Shown: in pieces, positions 52,223 through 64,000 of the stretch
Numbering within the stretch: position 1 is the stretch's first letter
Layout: each line of letters opens with the position of its first letter
Source of the DNA: Camelus dromedarius
Lineage: Eukaryota
Direction: 5' to 3'
DNA: 64,000 nucleotides
Assembly: GCF_036321535.1 (NCBI RefSeq)
Contig: NC_087437.1
Coordinates: forward strand, 104,534,001-104,598,000
Notes under the pieces: model-generated
Databases searched by the model: none
The model's input: only the letters and a program-made list of their open reading frames with translations
What the model was told of the DNA's origin: nothing
Program-made: the position numbers and the translations under genes

Positions 52223-52665
52223 CGTAAAGAAAAAAATGCTTCCTTCCATTCCGGTTCTACAAGAATCAAGCTATTAGCCACTGCAGTCACCCACTGACAG
52301 TGCTCCTGAGGGGAATTCAGGATGGAGAAAAACAGAAAACATTCTGTGCTTGGGATATACTGGCCCCTAGGTATTTAAGATACATATCTAAGGAAAAAAT
52401 TCAATGACCCCAGATCTTGCATTTTTCAACACAGAGAAAAGTACTAAAGTCATTAACTTCAGATGTCTGTTCCTTTTAATTAACAGTAATCTTTTTATGC
52501 TTGACTACTTGTTTTCCCAGTGAAAAACGTTCATATATAATCCTGGCTCCTCCTTTACCTATTCAGAGCAGTTCCTCAGAACTATCTGAGAGGCTGTGTC
52601 CAGAGCTGTAGTTTTCAGCAGGTCCCTGAATCTGCCCTAACTCAGAACTTTTCTTTCAGTGGACA
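52223..52665 (+). mobile_element. ERV1 solo LTR (MER34/MER39-like)
   Basis: (t>c)gtaaagaaaaaa...ggggaattcaggatgg...ttcaatgaccccagatcttgc...gagcagttcctcagaactatctgagaggctgtg...ttcagtggaca; near 4-bp TSD gggt/ggtt. Confidence 0.8.
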
Positions 52666-52906
52666 GGTTTAAGATAGAACTTTGGAGCTAGTTCAGAAAC
52701 AAGTTAGATTCAAGGAAAAAAAAAAAAGAAGAAGAAGTGATATATAACAAATGAAGTTCAGACTGATGAGGGAGTGGTGCTTGTTGAGAAGACAAGGAAA
52801 TTATTCTAATTCTTTAAGTTAGAAGATAAATAAAATCAATGCAATGGTAATTTAGTTGATCAAGCATCACTTTCCATTTAATTCTCTATGTAGCTCAAAT
52901 TAGCCA

Positions 52907-53390
52907 TGTATTAGGTCATTTGTAAGCATAAGAAGAAACCTCAAATTGATTTAGCTTAAAAAGTGAAGGAATAAGAATTTCTATAGGAATTTTACTTATT
53001 ATTAAACAATTTATTGAAAGAAAGCTGAGGATTGAAGCTGGGGCTCAGGGACCACTTTAACCCATGGCTTCAGTAATCGGGACTGTATCTCAGGCCCCGG
53101 TCTCTGATTCTCTTAACTTATTAGTGTGATTCTCTCTAATTGGAGACTTTCTCCATTGGGCAGGAAATATGGTTACCAAAAATATGATAATTTTATATGC
53201 CACACCTCCTAGCACCACCACTGAGAATGCCTAACATACTCAAACTCAATTCAAAACTCCAAAAGGAAGGCACTCATTGACACAGATTGAGTAATGTGTA
53301 CCTTCTTGGACCAGTCATCAGTCATATTGTGTAAATACAACGCTAGTGGTGGCCATAGGGATGGAGGACATGAGAGTTCATATAAAAATT
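52907..53390 (-). mobile_element. Old MaLR (MLT1K/L-like) LTR
   Basis: tgtattaggtcatttgtaagcataagaagaaacctcaaattgatttagcttaaaaag...cattgacacagattgagtaatgtgtaccttcttggaccagtca. Confidence 0.5.
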
Positions 53391-53399
53391 AATTCTATA

Positions 53400-54420
53400 C
53401 TAAAAATAATACAAAATACTTAGGCAGCAAAAGGGAAAAATAGGTGAATTGGACTTCATCAAATTTTAGACTTTTGCATTGACATGATCAAGAAAGTAAA
53501 AAGATAGCATACAGAATAGGAGAGAATATTAGTAAATCACATATCTGATAAAAATCTAGTACCTAAAATATATAAAGAACTGTCACAACTCAACAGCAAA
53601 TATGCAAACAACCCAAATATTAAAAAATGTAACAATGACTAGAATAGACATTTTCCTAAAGAAAATATACAGAAGTTTAACAAGCACATGGAAAGATGTT
53701 CAGTATCATTAGTCATTAGAAAAATGCAAATCAAAATCACAACATACCACTTCACATTGGCATGGATATGAAAAATTGGAACCACATATTTTACTGGTCA
53801 GAATGTAAAATTGTGCAGTCACTATGGAAAACAGTTTGGCATTTTCTCTAAAAAAATAGAATTGTTATATGACACACTAATTCCACTCATAGATATATAC
53901 CCAAAATAATTGAAAATAGGTTTTCAAACAAATAATTTTATACAGATTTTCATAGCAGCAGTAATCACAATGGCCAAAAGATAACAATGACTCAAATGTC
54001 CATCAACTTATGAGTGGACAAACAATAGTGGTATAAACATATGATGAACTATTCTTCAAAAAAAATAAAGTGCAGCTATACTACAATGTGGATAAGTTAC
54101 AAAAAACATTATTCTAAGTGATAGAAGCCACAAAATATCACATATTGTAGGATTCCATTTATATGAAACTTCCAGAAGAGGTACAGCCATCGAAACATAA
54201 GGCAGACTAAGGGTTTCCAGGAGTTGGGAGAAGGGGGAATGAGTAATGACTGCTTATTGTATACAGCGTTTCATTTTGGGATGATGAAAATGTCTTGGAA
54301 CTAGATGGAGGTGATGGTTGTACAACATTCTGAATGTACTAAATACAAGGAAAAAGTACACCTTAAAATGGCTAATGGATAATTTTTTTGTTACAACAAT
54401 TTTGCCTCAAAAATTAAAAA
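53400..54420 (+). mobile_element. L1MB 3' end (ORF2 C-terminus plus 3'UTR)
   Basis: aattggacttcatcaaatttt...cattagaaaaatgcaaatcaaaatcac...gggatgatgaaaatgtcttggaactagatggaggtgatggttgtacaacattctgaatgtactaaat. Confidence 0.9.
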
Positions 54421-55433
54421 TGTGAAAATTGTCACATGTATATGTAATAACATATTCTGGTTTGTTTCTTTAACTCTTTAACTATTTGGATATAGTCTAA
54501 GTTATAAACTAAGTTATATATATATGTGTGTGTGTGTGATATATATAAGCACATATGTTTATGTTTGGAATCAAGTAATACATATATACTTGTAGAAATT
54601 ATATAAGAGTACAGTTATTCTGTTCAATTATACAGTCCTATGATCACAAACTATACCCCTAATTCTAATCATCCAGTGTATATTTGGTTGCCCTTAATCA
54701 CAGGCTAATGGCAAAAGGGAGACAGGTTATGACTTAACTCCATATGGCTAGTTAGATACAGAATCTAACTGGATTCTAACTTTGATTGTTATTGCTGTAA
54801 TGGCTGTTCATTGTTAAGAGAAAAATAACATTTAAAGAACCAATATCTATCCTGCTACACAATGTGCTTTTTCCAGTGTGTGATATATTTACAGCAATGT
54901 AGTATGACTAGAAATGTGTTTTAAAAATTAGATCATATATATTCTAGAAGAATTTTGCATTTTCAAGCAGTCCCTCATGCTGAAAAAATAAGCAATATTT
55001 TAAAGTCACTCATTTTTTTTTTCAAATTTTTGAAGAAAGGATTCTAGACTAGGATATTTGAAAACCATTGATATATGGATTCAACAATCCAGACTATATT
55101 TGACTTATAATTTTGTTCCAGATATTTTTTAAAAAGCAATAATAAGTTGGCTACCACCGAGGAAAGATGTTTTCCCCAAAATGGGCCATGAAGGCTGAAG
55201 GCAGCTTATCACAGCTTTCCCTCCAAACTATTTTGAGTTGTAACATTATTATTGAAATAAAATAGCCACATATAACTACAAATATAAAAGGTGTTTGTAT
55301 ATTTTGTGTGTTTATATACGTGATACTTTTATTTTTCAATAATACCTTGTATTCAACAAAAGTACCTTAATAAGTTAGTCTAAAACTTATATGGTTCCCA
55401 TATAGTATATGTATGTGTGTGTTATGTATGCAT

Positions 55434-55464
<31 letters not shown>

Positions 55465-56294
55465 ATATGTGAATATGTATACATACAGAGTTACTGAATT
55501 TGAGACCTAAGCAATTGTAATTTTAAAAGCACCCTCATTGAGGAACCTGGTTCCAGGCCAAAATCTTGTGTGTGATGTTTTGGGCCTGACCACAGGTGTG
55601 ACAGGAGCTTTACCTGGCAGGTCTCATGGGGCGAAGCCGCCCTTTCACACAAGACCTGATACACAGCTAATGCACTGCAGCCTCTGAAGGGACTTTCAGT
55701 CAAGCACTCAGAGCCCCCTGTTCAGCCATGCTCTTTGAATAACTCCATTTCTAGCTGAGGGATCTCCTATTTTGCCTCCAGTTGTAGGTTGTCTTTATGG
55801 GGAACCTTACACCCAGAGCTTTCCCATGTATTTCTGCTGAGATCCTCTTATGGATTGAGGGGAAAACTGAAAACATTGTTTCCACTTTGAGTACATTTCT
55901 ACTCCTAGACTTTCCCATTCTCCCTCCTCTTCTGATCCCCAAGTCCATAAAACAAAAGGCAGGAGCATTTTGTTTGCAGCTTCCTTGGCAGTGAGAACCA
56001 CTGCCTGTGCTGATACATTTGACCCTCCACTGGTGCTGTTCTGTGAGGAGAAGAGGAACGTTGTGGGAGCTGGTGAGCCCTCCTCTTGTTTATACTGTCA
56101 CAGTAATGAAGGCGTAACTCCTTCATGTGGCTTGTTGTTTTGTTCATCTGCTCTTGGCACCTGGCAGCTCAGCTCTTTACAGCTTAGCTGGGCTCTTATC
56201 ACTCACTCCATCATTAATTCTCATATATTTGTTGTGCAGGAATTTTGAAAAGTCAGTCATTACATGATCAAGTCATGATCAAAGAATATAATTA

Positions 56295-56712
56295 TAGCAG
56301 ATACTCTCTGTGCTCCCCAGATGCCCTCAGATCCATTTGCCTGTGCTGTGTGTCTATACTCCAGCTTCTAAAGACTTCACCCGTGACCTTTTCCCCAATG
56401 TCTTTGCAAACACTTAGAGAGCCTGGGGTTCATGATACCTTTCTCTCCAAATGCTCCCCCCTCTACCTGCTTTCTCAGGTAGCCTTAACCAAGGATAGAA
56501 TAGTGTAGAAACATAAGAGCGAGTTCTCTTGCCTAATTGGGACAGTCTTAGAGGTGTAATTTGTACTCAAGAGATCTTGAGATCAGACTGAGATGCTTCT
56601 TCCTTCCTTGCCTGCTTTCCTCTCTTGAGCGTTACTCTTGGAAATAGTTCCTCAGTAAGTCACTTGCATTCCCATTTATTCTTCTCCTTTTGAGAAATTC
56701 AGCAGAAAACAA
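56295..56712 (+). mobile_element. LTR16-like ERVL solo LTR
   Basis: cttgcctaattgggacagtcttagaggtgtaatttgtactcaagag...gatcagactgag...ttcctcagtaagtcacttgca. Confidence 0.65.
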
Positions 56713-56769
56713 AGATGGAAACTAGTGCTTAGGAAATAGGAAGATAAATTTTGCAGCTTTTTTAAACAT

Positions 56770-57720
56770 GGAGATCTGAAAAGGCAGAAAAAATGGACAA
56801 ATTTCTGCAAAAGAAAGGTTTAAGGAAGGAGTAGTAATAATTCTGACTTAGCCAATAGGCAGAGCATTGTTTTAAAAGGTAAAAATATCTTTATCCCCCC
56901 TTGAAATGACATCATTCCCAGATGTTTTACAGACGTATTTTATTAAATTTATAAAACATATATCATTGTGTTAAACTATTAGATATATGAAAGTCAATAT
57001 ATCTTAAAATGTTTTGAAAAAAAGTATTGTAACTATGATACCAAAATTAGAGAAAGACCTGAGAAAACACAAAAACTGTAGATCAGTCTTATTTGGCAAC
57101 AGAAGCCAACATTTTTAATATAATATTAGCAAGCAGATGTGTCTCATTATTTAAAAAAGGAATACATGATAGTGAAACAAGGGAGTTTTTATTGTGGGAG
57201 TAAATAATATTTTCAAATTAGAAAATATGTTTATGTACTGAACTAAATTGATAAAGTAAAGGAGAAAATCCTGGTCATATTGATATATGATTTTGATAAA
57301 ATTCTACATCTATTTGAAAGAACAAAGAAAATCCTTAACTTGAGTAAGAGTATATCTGAAACTAATAATAAAGACAGTACATAGATGAGCATTTAATATT
57401 TTCCCCCTAAAGTCAGAAAAAAAGATAAAATTGTCATCTATCGAAATTATTATTCAGCATAGTTTGGGGATAAAGAGATTGAGTAATGTAAATATACCAA
57501 AAATAGAGAAAATTATGTATGAATATTAGAGAGTTGAAAAAGTAAATTACAATTATTTGCAAGTAATTTCTACCTAGAAAACCCAAAAGAATCAATTGAA
57601 AGAATCATTAGAACTGATGGGAGAGATTAATATATAAAAGGGCAAATAAAAAAATGGTAAAAGAGAGATATCAACATGCAAAGTTATTAAATATGTATGT
57701 ATATTAGCCAAAACCATTAA
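56770..57720 (+). mobile_element. Very old L1 ORF2 (RT region) remnant
   Basis: cccagatgttttacag...tgataccaaaattagagaaagac...aaaactgtagatcagtctt...tttgataaaattctacatc...tacctagaaaacccaaaagaatcaattg. Confidence 0.7.
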
Positions 57721-59112
57721 ATATTAATACATAATACATGTGGAATGTGACATGACAAAAATATGAAGTTACAGAAAGGTTTGAATGTTGGACAGAGAAT
57801 GTCAGGTTTTTTACATTACTTTTACATACTTACTCCTCCAGATTAACTTGCAAAAAGGTCATCAAGTTCTAAAACTAAAAACTCCTGAGATTTTGATTGG
57901 CAGTTTACTGTAATAGAATTTTTATTTGAAGAGAACAATGAAGAAAGTTGACATGTCAAAGAAACTGATAAAATGTTTTACCTTCTGTACAATAAATAAC
58001 CAAGTGTATTTTAAGAGTCTGAGGAAAGAAATAGAGTGGAAAATGGCTTATGAATTGGTCTTGTACATTAAATGCCCGCCAGCTGCTTTACACAGCTCAT
58101 TCCAAAGGCATGGGATAGTTTTCTTTTCTATCAGAAATAATAGCGGTTGGCATAGCCAGGGAAGAAAATGGGTCCCCTGATGATAGCGCCTGCTACCCAG
58201 TAAAAGTTACAATTTGATTCTTTTCATTGTTTTCCTAAGCAGAAATTGGTACAAGGAACTGACTTTCCAAATCTAAATTTTCCAGAAAGAATTAGGTAAA
58301 AAATTTTAAAGTGAAAACATGTAAATGGCTGCAACCCATAGTTATTTGGAGAGGACAATAAGCTACTATTAACAAGATAATATTTAGGTAAATCCACATT
58401 ATATATACCATAGATTTACGGTTTTTGATTCTTCATTCTTCATTGACACTCCATACATAAAGTATATTTAAAATACAAATTGTCATATAACTCTTATCTT
58501 TTAATACTTATTTTTTTCAGTGAGATACAAATGCAGTATTTCATTTTCTGTTAGCAAATTATTTAAAATGTACTTCCCTTTTTTTGCTTTTCAGGACTAT
58601 CCTCTGAAAAAATCAAATATTGCAGGGAAGGAAATAATTGTGCTCTATGTTTCCCTTATGTATAGATATGGAACTAGGAACATTCCCCTTTCCAGTTAAT
58701 ATGATAGGAAAATTTTATGGAAGTGTAAACTTTTTATTTTGCCACCAACAGTTACCTATGAGTAGAAACCTACACTCTGTCCCTGGATAATAATTGGGCA
58801 ATAAGAAGATGTTGTTATGAAGAGATTTTCTAATTAGTAAATATAATTGAATGTGATAAATCTATATTAATTTTAGCATCTGGAACAACTATTTTTACAC
58901 ATGCAAATTAAAATGTATTACATTAAATGTGACTACTAAAGATATACATATAAATACCTTTATATGCAAAAATTATAATTGGAACAAAGTACATTTTTTT
59001 CAAAAATTGCTTTATGAGTAATAGAAAATCAAAGTAAGCCAGTGAGATTTACAAAGAAAAGCATTTTTTTTGAAATTTATATTAATTAACATACATTAAT
59101 CATGTATCTGAT

Positions 59113-59311
59113 CACTGCTGTGTTGGCAAAGTTTAATACCTGGTCCTCTGAGGAAAAAAATATTTGTAGTGTTTGCAGATTTTTCAGTGGAACTACTCCC
59201 ACCATGGATAATTTCAGGCCACCAACATGACATCACTGAGGGTGAATTTGGGAGGAGATACTCACAGTGGACTCTCTTGAGCCATTGCAAGCCAACTCCA
59301 GCACACCACTG
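59113..59311 (-). mobile_element. MER63A-like hAT-Blackjack MITE
   Basis: TIRs cactgctgtgttgg / ccagcacaccactg; internal actcccaccatggataatttcaggccaccaacatgacatcactga; degenerate 8-bp TSD tatctgat/tccctaat. Confidence 0.85.
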
Positions 59312-59769
59312 TCCCTAATAATTGTTTCATATGATCAAATAATAGCAGTTAATGAAATGGTAGCATTATTTGCGTAAAAGTTGCTAAATAAATACAGAGC
59401 AACCAAAACATAAGAATAACTGCCTAAGGACTCAATCACAATAAATCAAAAACAAAAGTACCATTGTTACTAATTCTGAAACTCACTCAGACAAAATGTC
59501 ATACACTGTTATTGACTCCCAATGTATATGCTGAAAGTTGGAGCTCTCTTTACAATTCTGTGTAAAGTTGTGTATAGCAATTAAATAGACCACTGTGTGA
59601 AAATAAAATGCATCATCAACATTGACTAAGGGAGAAGAGTGTATATACCAGCAGAGTTTGAAAACACTGAATAAGCTCTCAAAAGTCTCTCTGACGCATG
59701 GCCAATACTTACAGAAGAGATTTCATTTAAGCTGTTGAAAGACTTCCAAAGGTAGAAATAAATAACTGT

Positions 59770-60102
59770 CTTGAGTTTTCATTATCTGATCCCTTCCTTC
59801 CTGTCTAGACTCCTCCCCTACCATATTTCCTTCCGTTCCTTCTGCTTCATTCTGCTAGATACCCCTTTGGCTCTTTCTACAATGTGCTAAGTCCCCTTCC
59901 ATTTCAGGACCTTGAGGCTTCTTGCCATGATCTCCTGGCATCCTCATTCCTCATCATTGAGGCACTGTACACCTACCTTCTCGTACACCCACCTATATTC
60001 ATGTACTTCGAAGCACTTCTCTTCTGAAATTACATCATTTAGATTTGCTTAGGTATTTATTATTTGTCTCCCTCAATTCAATAGAAATTCCATGAGGATA
60101 AG
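59770..60102 (+). mobile_element. L2 3' portion
   Basis: tttattatttgtctccctcaattcaatagaaattccatgaggataag, cut by the MLT1 insertion. Confidence 0.55.
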
Positions 60103-61435
60103 TGCATTAGTTTTCTGTTGCTGTGTATGAAATTATTACGCCTCATGATTTAAAAGAACAAAATTGTATTATCTCACAGCTTCCTTGGGTCATGATTCTA
60201 GGCAAGATTTACCTAGGTTCTCTGGGCAAGGTCTCAACCAAGATAAAATCAGGGTGTCAGCCAGGGATATGATTTCATCAGAGAGACTGAGTGTCCTCTT
60301 CCAAGTTTACTAGGTGTTAATTTACTCCCTTGCAGTTACAGGACTGAGGTCCCTGATTTCTTATGGGCTGTCAACTGAGGTTATTCTCAGCTCCTAGAAC
60401 CTCCATGCACCTTGAAGCCCAGGTAGAGAATCTCTTGCTTCAGTCTGATAAGATAGAATGCTATATAAGATGACACAACCATTGAAGTGACTATCTGTGG
60501 TATAATAAAAAGTGTGTTTGTTTTGTCCCTGGTTTCTGGCACAGAGACCCTAAAACCCTTGGAATTTCCTTAGTGATAAGAGCGTCTGTTGTATGTTGAT
60601 GAGATGATTGAGGTGTGAATATGGGGGAAGAGGGGACTAGATAACTTCAGCAGGGGCTGGTCACTAGGAAAGCTAACCAGATGATCAGAGGGTTAGACAC
60701 TCAGCTCCATTCATCGACTTCAGTGGTTGGAGATTGAGTTCAATCACCCATAGCTAGTGATTAAATCAATTATGTCTACATAATAAAAATTTAATTAAAA
60801 AAAAAAAACTCAAGAATGATCAGGTTTGAGGAAGCTTCTCAGTTGGTGAACACATCTACTTGCTGGGAGAGTGGTGCACCCTGGCTCCTCTAGGACAGAG
60901 ACTCCTGTGCTGGAGACCCTTGCAGACCTTGCTCTGTGTACCTCTTCAATTGGCTGCTCATGTGTATCCCTTTTCATAAAACTACAGCCATAAATACAGT
61001 GCTTTTCTAAGTTCTGTGAGTCAGTCTAACGAATTATCAAACCTGAGTATGGGAACCCTCAAATATGTAGTTAGTTGGGCTGAAGTGTGGGTCACCTGGG
61101 GACCTGACTTGCAGTTGGCATCTGAGATGGGCAGTCCTGTGGGACTGAGCTCTTAAATTGTAGGGTCTACACTAATTCCAAGTAGTTACTCTCAGATTTG
61201 AGTTGAATTTTAATGTACCCAGTTGGTATCAGAGAATTGGAGAATTGGTTGTTGTATGGAAAAGTAAGCACCACTATGTCATCACTTTTACTTATATATA
61301 ATGCAGCCTAATTAAGGGAGTGAATATTCCATCATAGGTCAGGTCCTAACCATAGCTCAACGGAAGTCGGTTTTTCAGAGCATGTACAGCGGTGGGTAGG
61401 AATTGGGCCATCCTAGAATTCTTCCATCCGCTGCA
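60103..61435 (-). mobile_element. MaLR MLT1E-like LTR split by MER21
   Basis: tgcattagttttctgttgctg...attatctcacagcttcc...ccttgcagttacaggactgaggtccc; resumes after 61273 ...gggccatcctagaattc. Confidence 0.8.
60496..61273 (+). mobile_element. MER21-like ERVL LTR
   Basis: tgtggtataataa...ccctggtttctggcacagagaccctaaaacccttggaatttcc...ttggcatctgag...cagttggtatcagagaattggagaattgg; 5-bp TSD ctatc/ctatg. Confidence 0.9.
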
Positions 61436-64000
61436 GAGATGCTATATACCTAGTATAAAGTTGCTTCCTGAAAATGAATTTTCTTCATTTAGCCAATTGT
61501 TTACATAAACACAACAATTTTATTTGGAAAAGTTAAAATATTGAAGGCATTTTATCGATACATAGTATAGGTAGGCATTATCCACATTCAGAACAGTGCA
61601 GTCTTTGCTTTATGTTAGATTTTAAATGCTGATTCTACAAAAGTGACCAAAGAATCACCTCCCTGTTTTTTTTAACCATTATGAAATATTATAGTTGGAG
61701 ACTGGAAACACATTTTGTTTCTGTAAGCTGTCCCCTTGCAGTCTTAGGGAATGGGAGATAGCATGTACTCATTGCTCATGCCTGTTTTCTGTACTATTTA
61801 AATTCTTCTTTTCTAGTTGGTGTTGCACTTTCATTTCAAAGACCTCAGATAGTCTGTGGTTGGGGTGAACCACTTTTTTTTCCTCCTTAAGTTATGTCAA
61901 AAAGCTCCTGAGACACCATTTCCCTGAAAGTAGAACAGCTTTTACATGCAGTGAAGTCTCAAGTTCAAGGTTAACAAGTAAGCATATATAAATGAAAAAG
62001 TCCTCAGAGATAGGTATCACTTAACCATTAACTAAAAATCTTTAATAGCTACCACGTGGAAAAAATATGTATGTAGTATATATACATACACATGCACATA
62101 TTTTATATATACATTTTTTTCTATTTATCTGATCAAGGCAATCTCTTGCCTCCCTTTACAAAGGCACTGCAAGTTAAGGATTGATGGTTTGAGGTTGATG
62201 AGTGTGCTGAATGTTTCTGAGGATGTGAATCACCTTTAAACCTAAGATATTGCTCTGAATATGTGAACAGTGACCCTGGGACTGAACCATAACTCAGATT
62301 TCCCAAGTCTCAACCACTCATTCCAGTGACAAATGAAACAGATTCTACAAGCTGCCTCACCCAAATAATGCTTTGGATTGCTTGTTGTGCTTCCTTGCAG
62401 AGCTGAGAGAACCATTTTTCTTCTAAGCCTTAAGGACAAAAATGCATTAGTCTTTCCACTTCTAATCCAATCAGTGCTGTTTTTCCTCTTATGAGTAAAA
62501 GGTTTTGTGGAGTCTACTGGTCATTGTAACCACTGGTTTATGAAAGCTTTAGTACAGTTTAGGACTTCTGTATTTGCCTGTAACTTTCAATGTTGTACTT
62601 TGGCTGTCTGTACATAACAAGTTAGGTATTTCAGGATAAAGCTGTCTTACTCTTGTTGTTACTTAACTTTATTAAAACCAATTAAAAATAAATTTAATGT
62701 GTGAATACCTCTATGTAGAAAAATAAAACTGTCAAAGACTTAAAATATGTGTGTGTGTGTGTGTATGTATAAATAATTTAGTATATGTAAATTAATACTA
62801 TAATTTTATTTGGAAGCAACATACTGCATTGTTTAAGAGATTGGACCACTAGGCAGCGTGTCTTCTGGACCTATTCTATTAATGTAAAATGTATGGTCAT
62901 TTAAAACCCTCATTTAATATCCATCAAACACTATTCTAAATACTTTTGCAAATTAGACTAACTGACAGCCTATATTATAGTCAGATGGATTTAGCTGAAA
63001 AGCATGTAACCAAGGAACTGTTTCTCTAAATGTGTTATTGCTAAGAGAGGCAACAACATATGATCAGACACCCAGTGAGTACCACCAGTGCTAATCCATT
63101 GCTCCCTTAGGTCTAAAGGATTGAGGTAAATTTAGTAATTACATTACAGGCCTATTGTTTTCATCCTTCACTGTTTCAACATCCTTTGGCATTTGACCTG
63201 GCAGTTCATCTTATTGGAAAGTAGTCTATCTTTCTGTCCTTGATTCTTAGCCTGGCTGTATGAATTGTTTTGACAGTTGTTAGGAGATGTGATGAATGCA
63301 GAGATCACGTCTCTGTCAACAGAGCACCTTAGTGTTTGCACATCTCCATTTATTCTTCTGCCATTACTGTGAAAGTATTCATCAGCCAGCCTGCTGGAGG
63401 AGGAGACAGGAGGAACAGGGCTGTCACCCCAGTCATCCACATGTGGCCATCCTAGATCATCTTGTATGTTGTATTATTGAAGTCTGAACACGAGAAAGCA
63501 TGCAGGGAAGGGAGGTGCAACCGTAAAAGATAAAGAACATGGAAACTGAGGGAATCTGAAAAGGCAAGAAAGGCAATCTGTATCTGCCCCAATACAGATT
63601 TTTATTTATTAAGCACTTTTACATTGGTGTTCAGTATTTTATTCAATATTGTCATTATTGAAAAATGCTGTTTCATATCGTAGGAGTGCTCAAACTATTT
63701 CTTCTTCAGTATTTCAGAAATGTCATGATATTATGATTTTTATTTAGCTTTTAATTTTCTGTGAATTTTAATTCACCACTAGAGCTACTTGTTTCTTCTC
63801 TTAAACTGCATCTTGATAATCTGCATAAACGTACCTTAAAACAGAGCATTTCATAAAATCTCTTTAGAATCCAAAGTCAATTTTCTGAAATAAAAATTTT
63901 TAACATCATGGTTTTAAAGGAATTTTTAACAGCATGGTTTTTAAGTGATTAAAAGGAAATAAAAATCACAAAATACTTTGATTAGCATTAAAACATGAAA

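Noticed and set aside
46278..52665. The two related LTRs as ends of one provirus
   Set aside because: They are in opposite orientation, with no PBS, PPT or gag/pol sequence between them
54930..55075. Possible MER5-like DNA transposon
   Set aside because: Only short motif similarity; TIRs could not be established
1..64000. Remaining 60-110 aa ORFs as small proteins
   Set aside because: They have low-complexity F/L/I/K-rich composition expected from AT-rich DNA, many have non-ATG starts, many overlap TEs, and none has a recognisable domain

Overview
This is eukaryotic, AT-rich, CpG-depleted mammalian DNA, either intergenic or deep intronic. I recognise no protein-coding gene, RNA gene, CRISPR array or prokaryote-type system. 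Roughly half the window is transposable-element debris. The ancient elements are L2, MIR, HAL1/L1ME/L1MC/L1MB LINEs, MaLR (MLT1) LTRs, LTR16/ERVL, MER21, MER34/39-like ERV1 LTRs and one MER63 hAT. Several younger L1 3' ends have 3'UTRs that look camelid (L1_Vpa-like). No Alu, B1/B2, Bov-A/BovB, PRE1 or Can-SINE was seen, so the host is probably a camelid (inference). The only recognisable peptides in the ORF track are broken L1 ORF2 pieces. The most interesting signals concern insertion mechanism. (1) An 87-bp polyadenylated, TSD-flanked retrocopy of an ERV1 LTR transcript end at 37.7 kb, whose parent LTR family is present twice in this window. (2) An unclassified, CpG-retaining LTR with a perfect NF-kB site, nested in an MLT1 at 15.8 kb. 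(3) A 90-bp perfectly identical tract between two otherwise diverged tandem L1 3' ends, a candidate gene conversion. (4) A tail-less L1 fragment replacing part of an older L1. (5) A very small twin-priming inversion. Family names come from recalled consensus similarity, not database searches, and boundaries of old elements are approximate.
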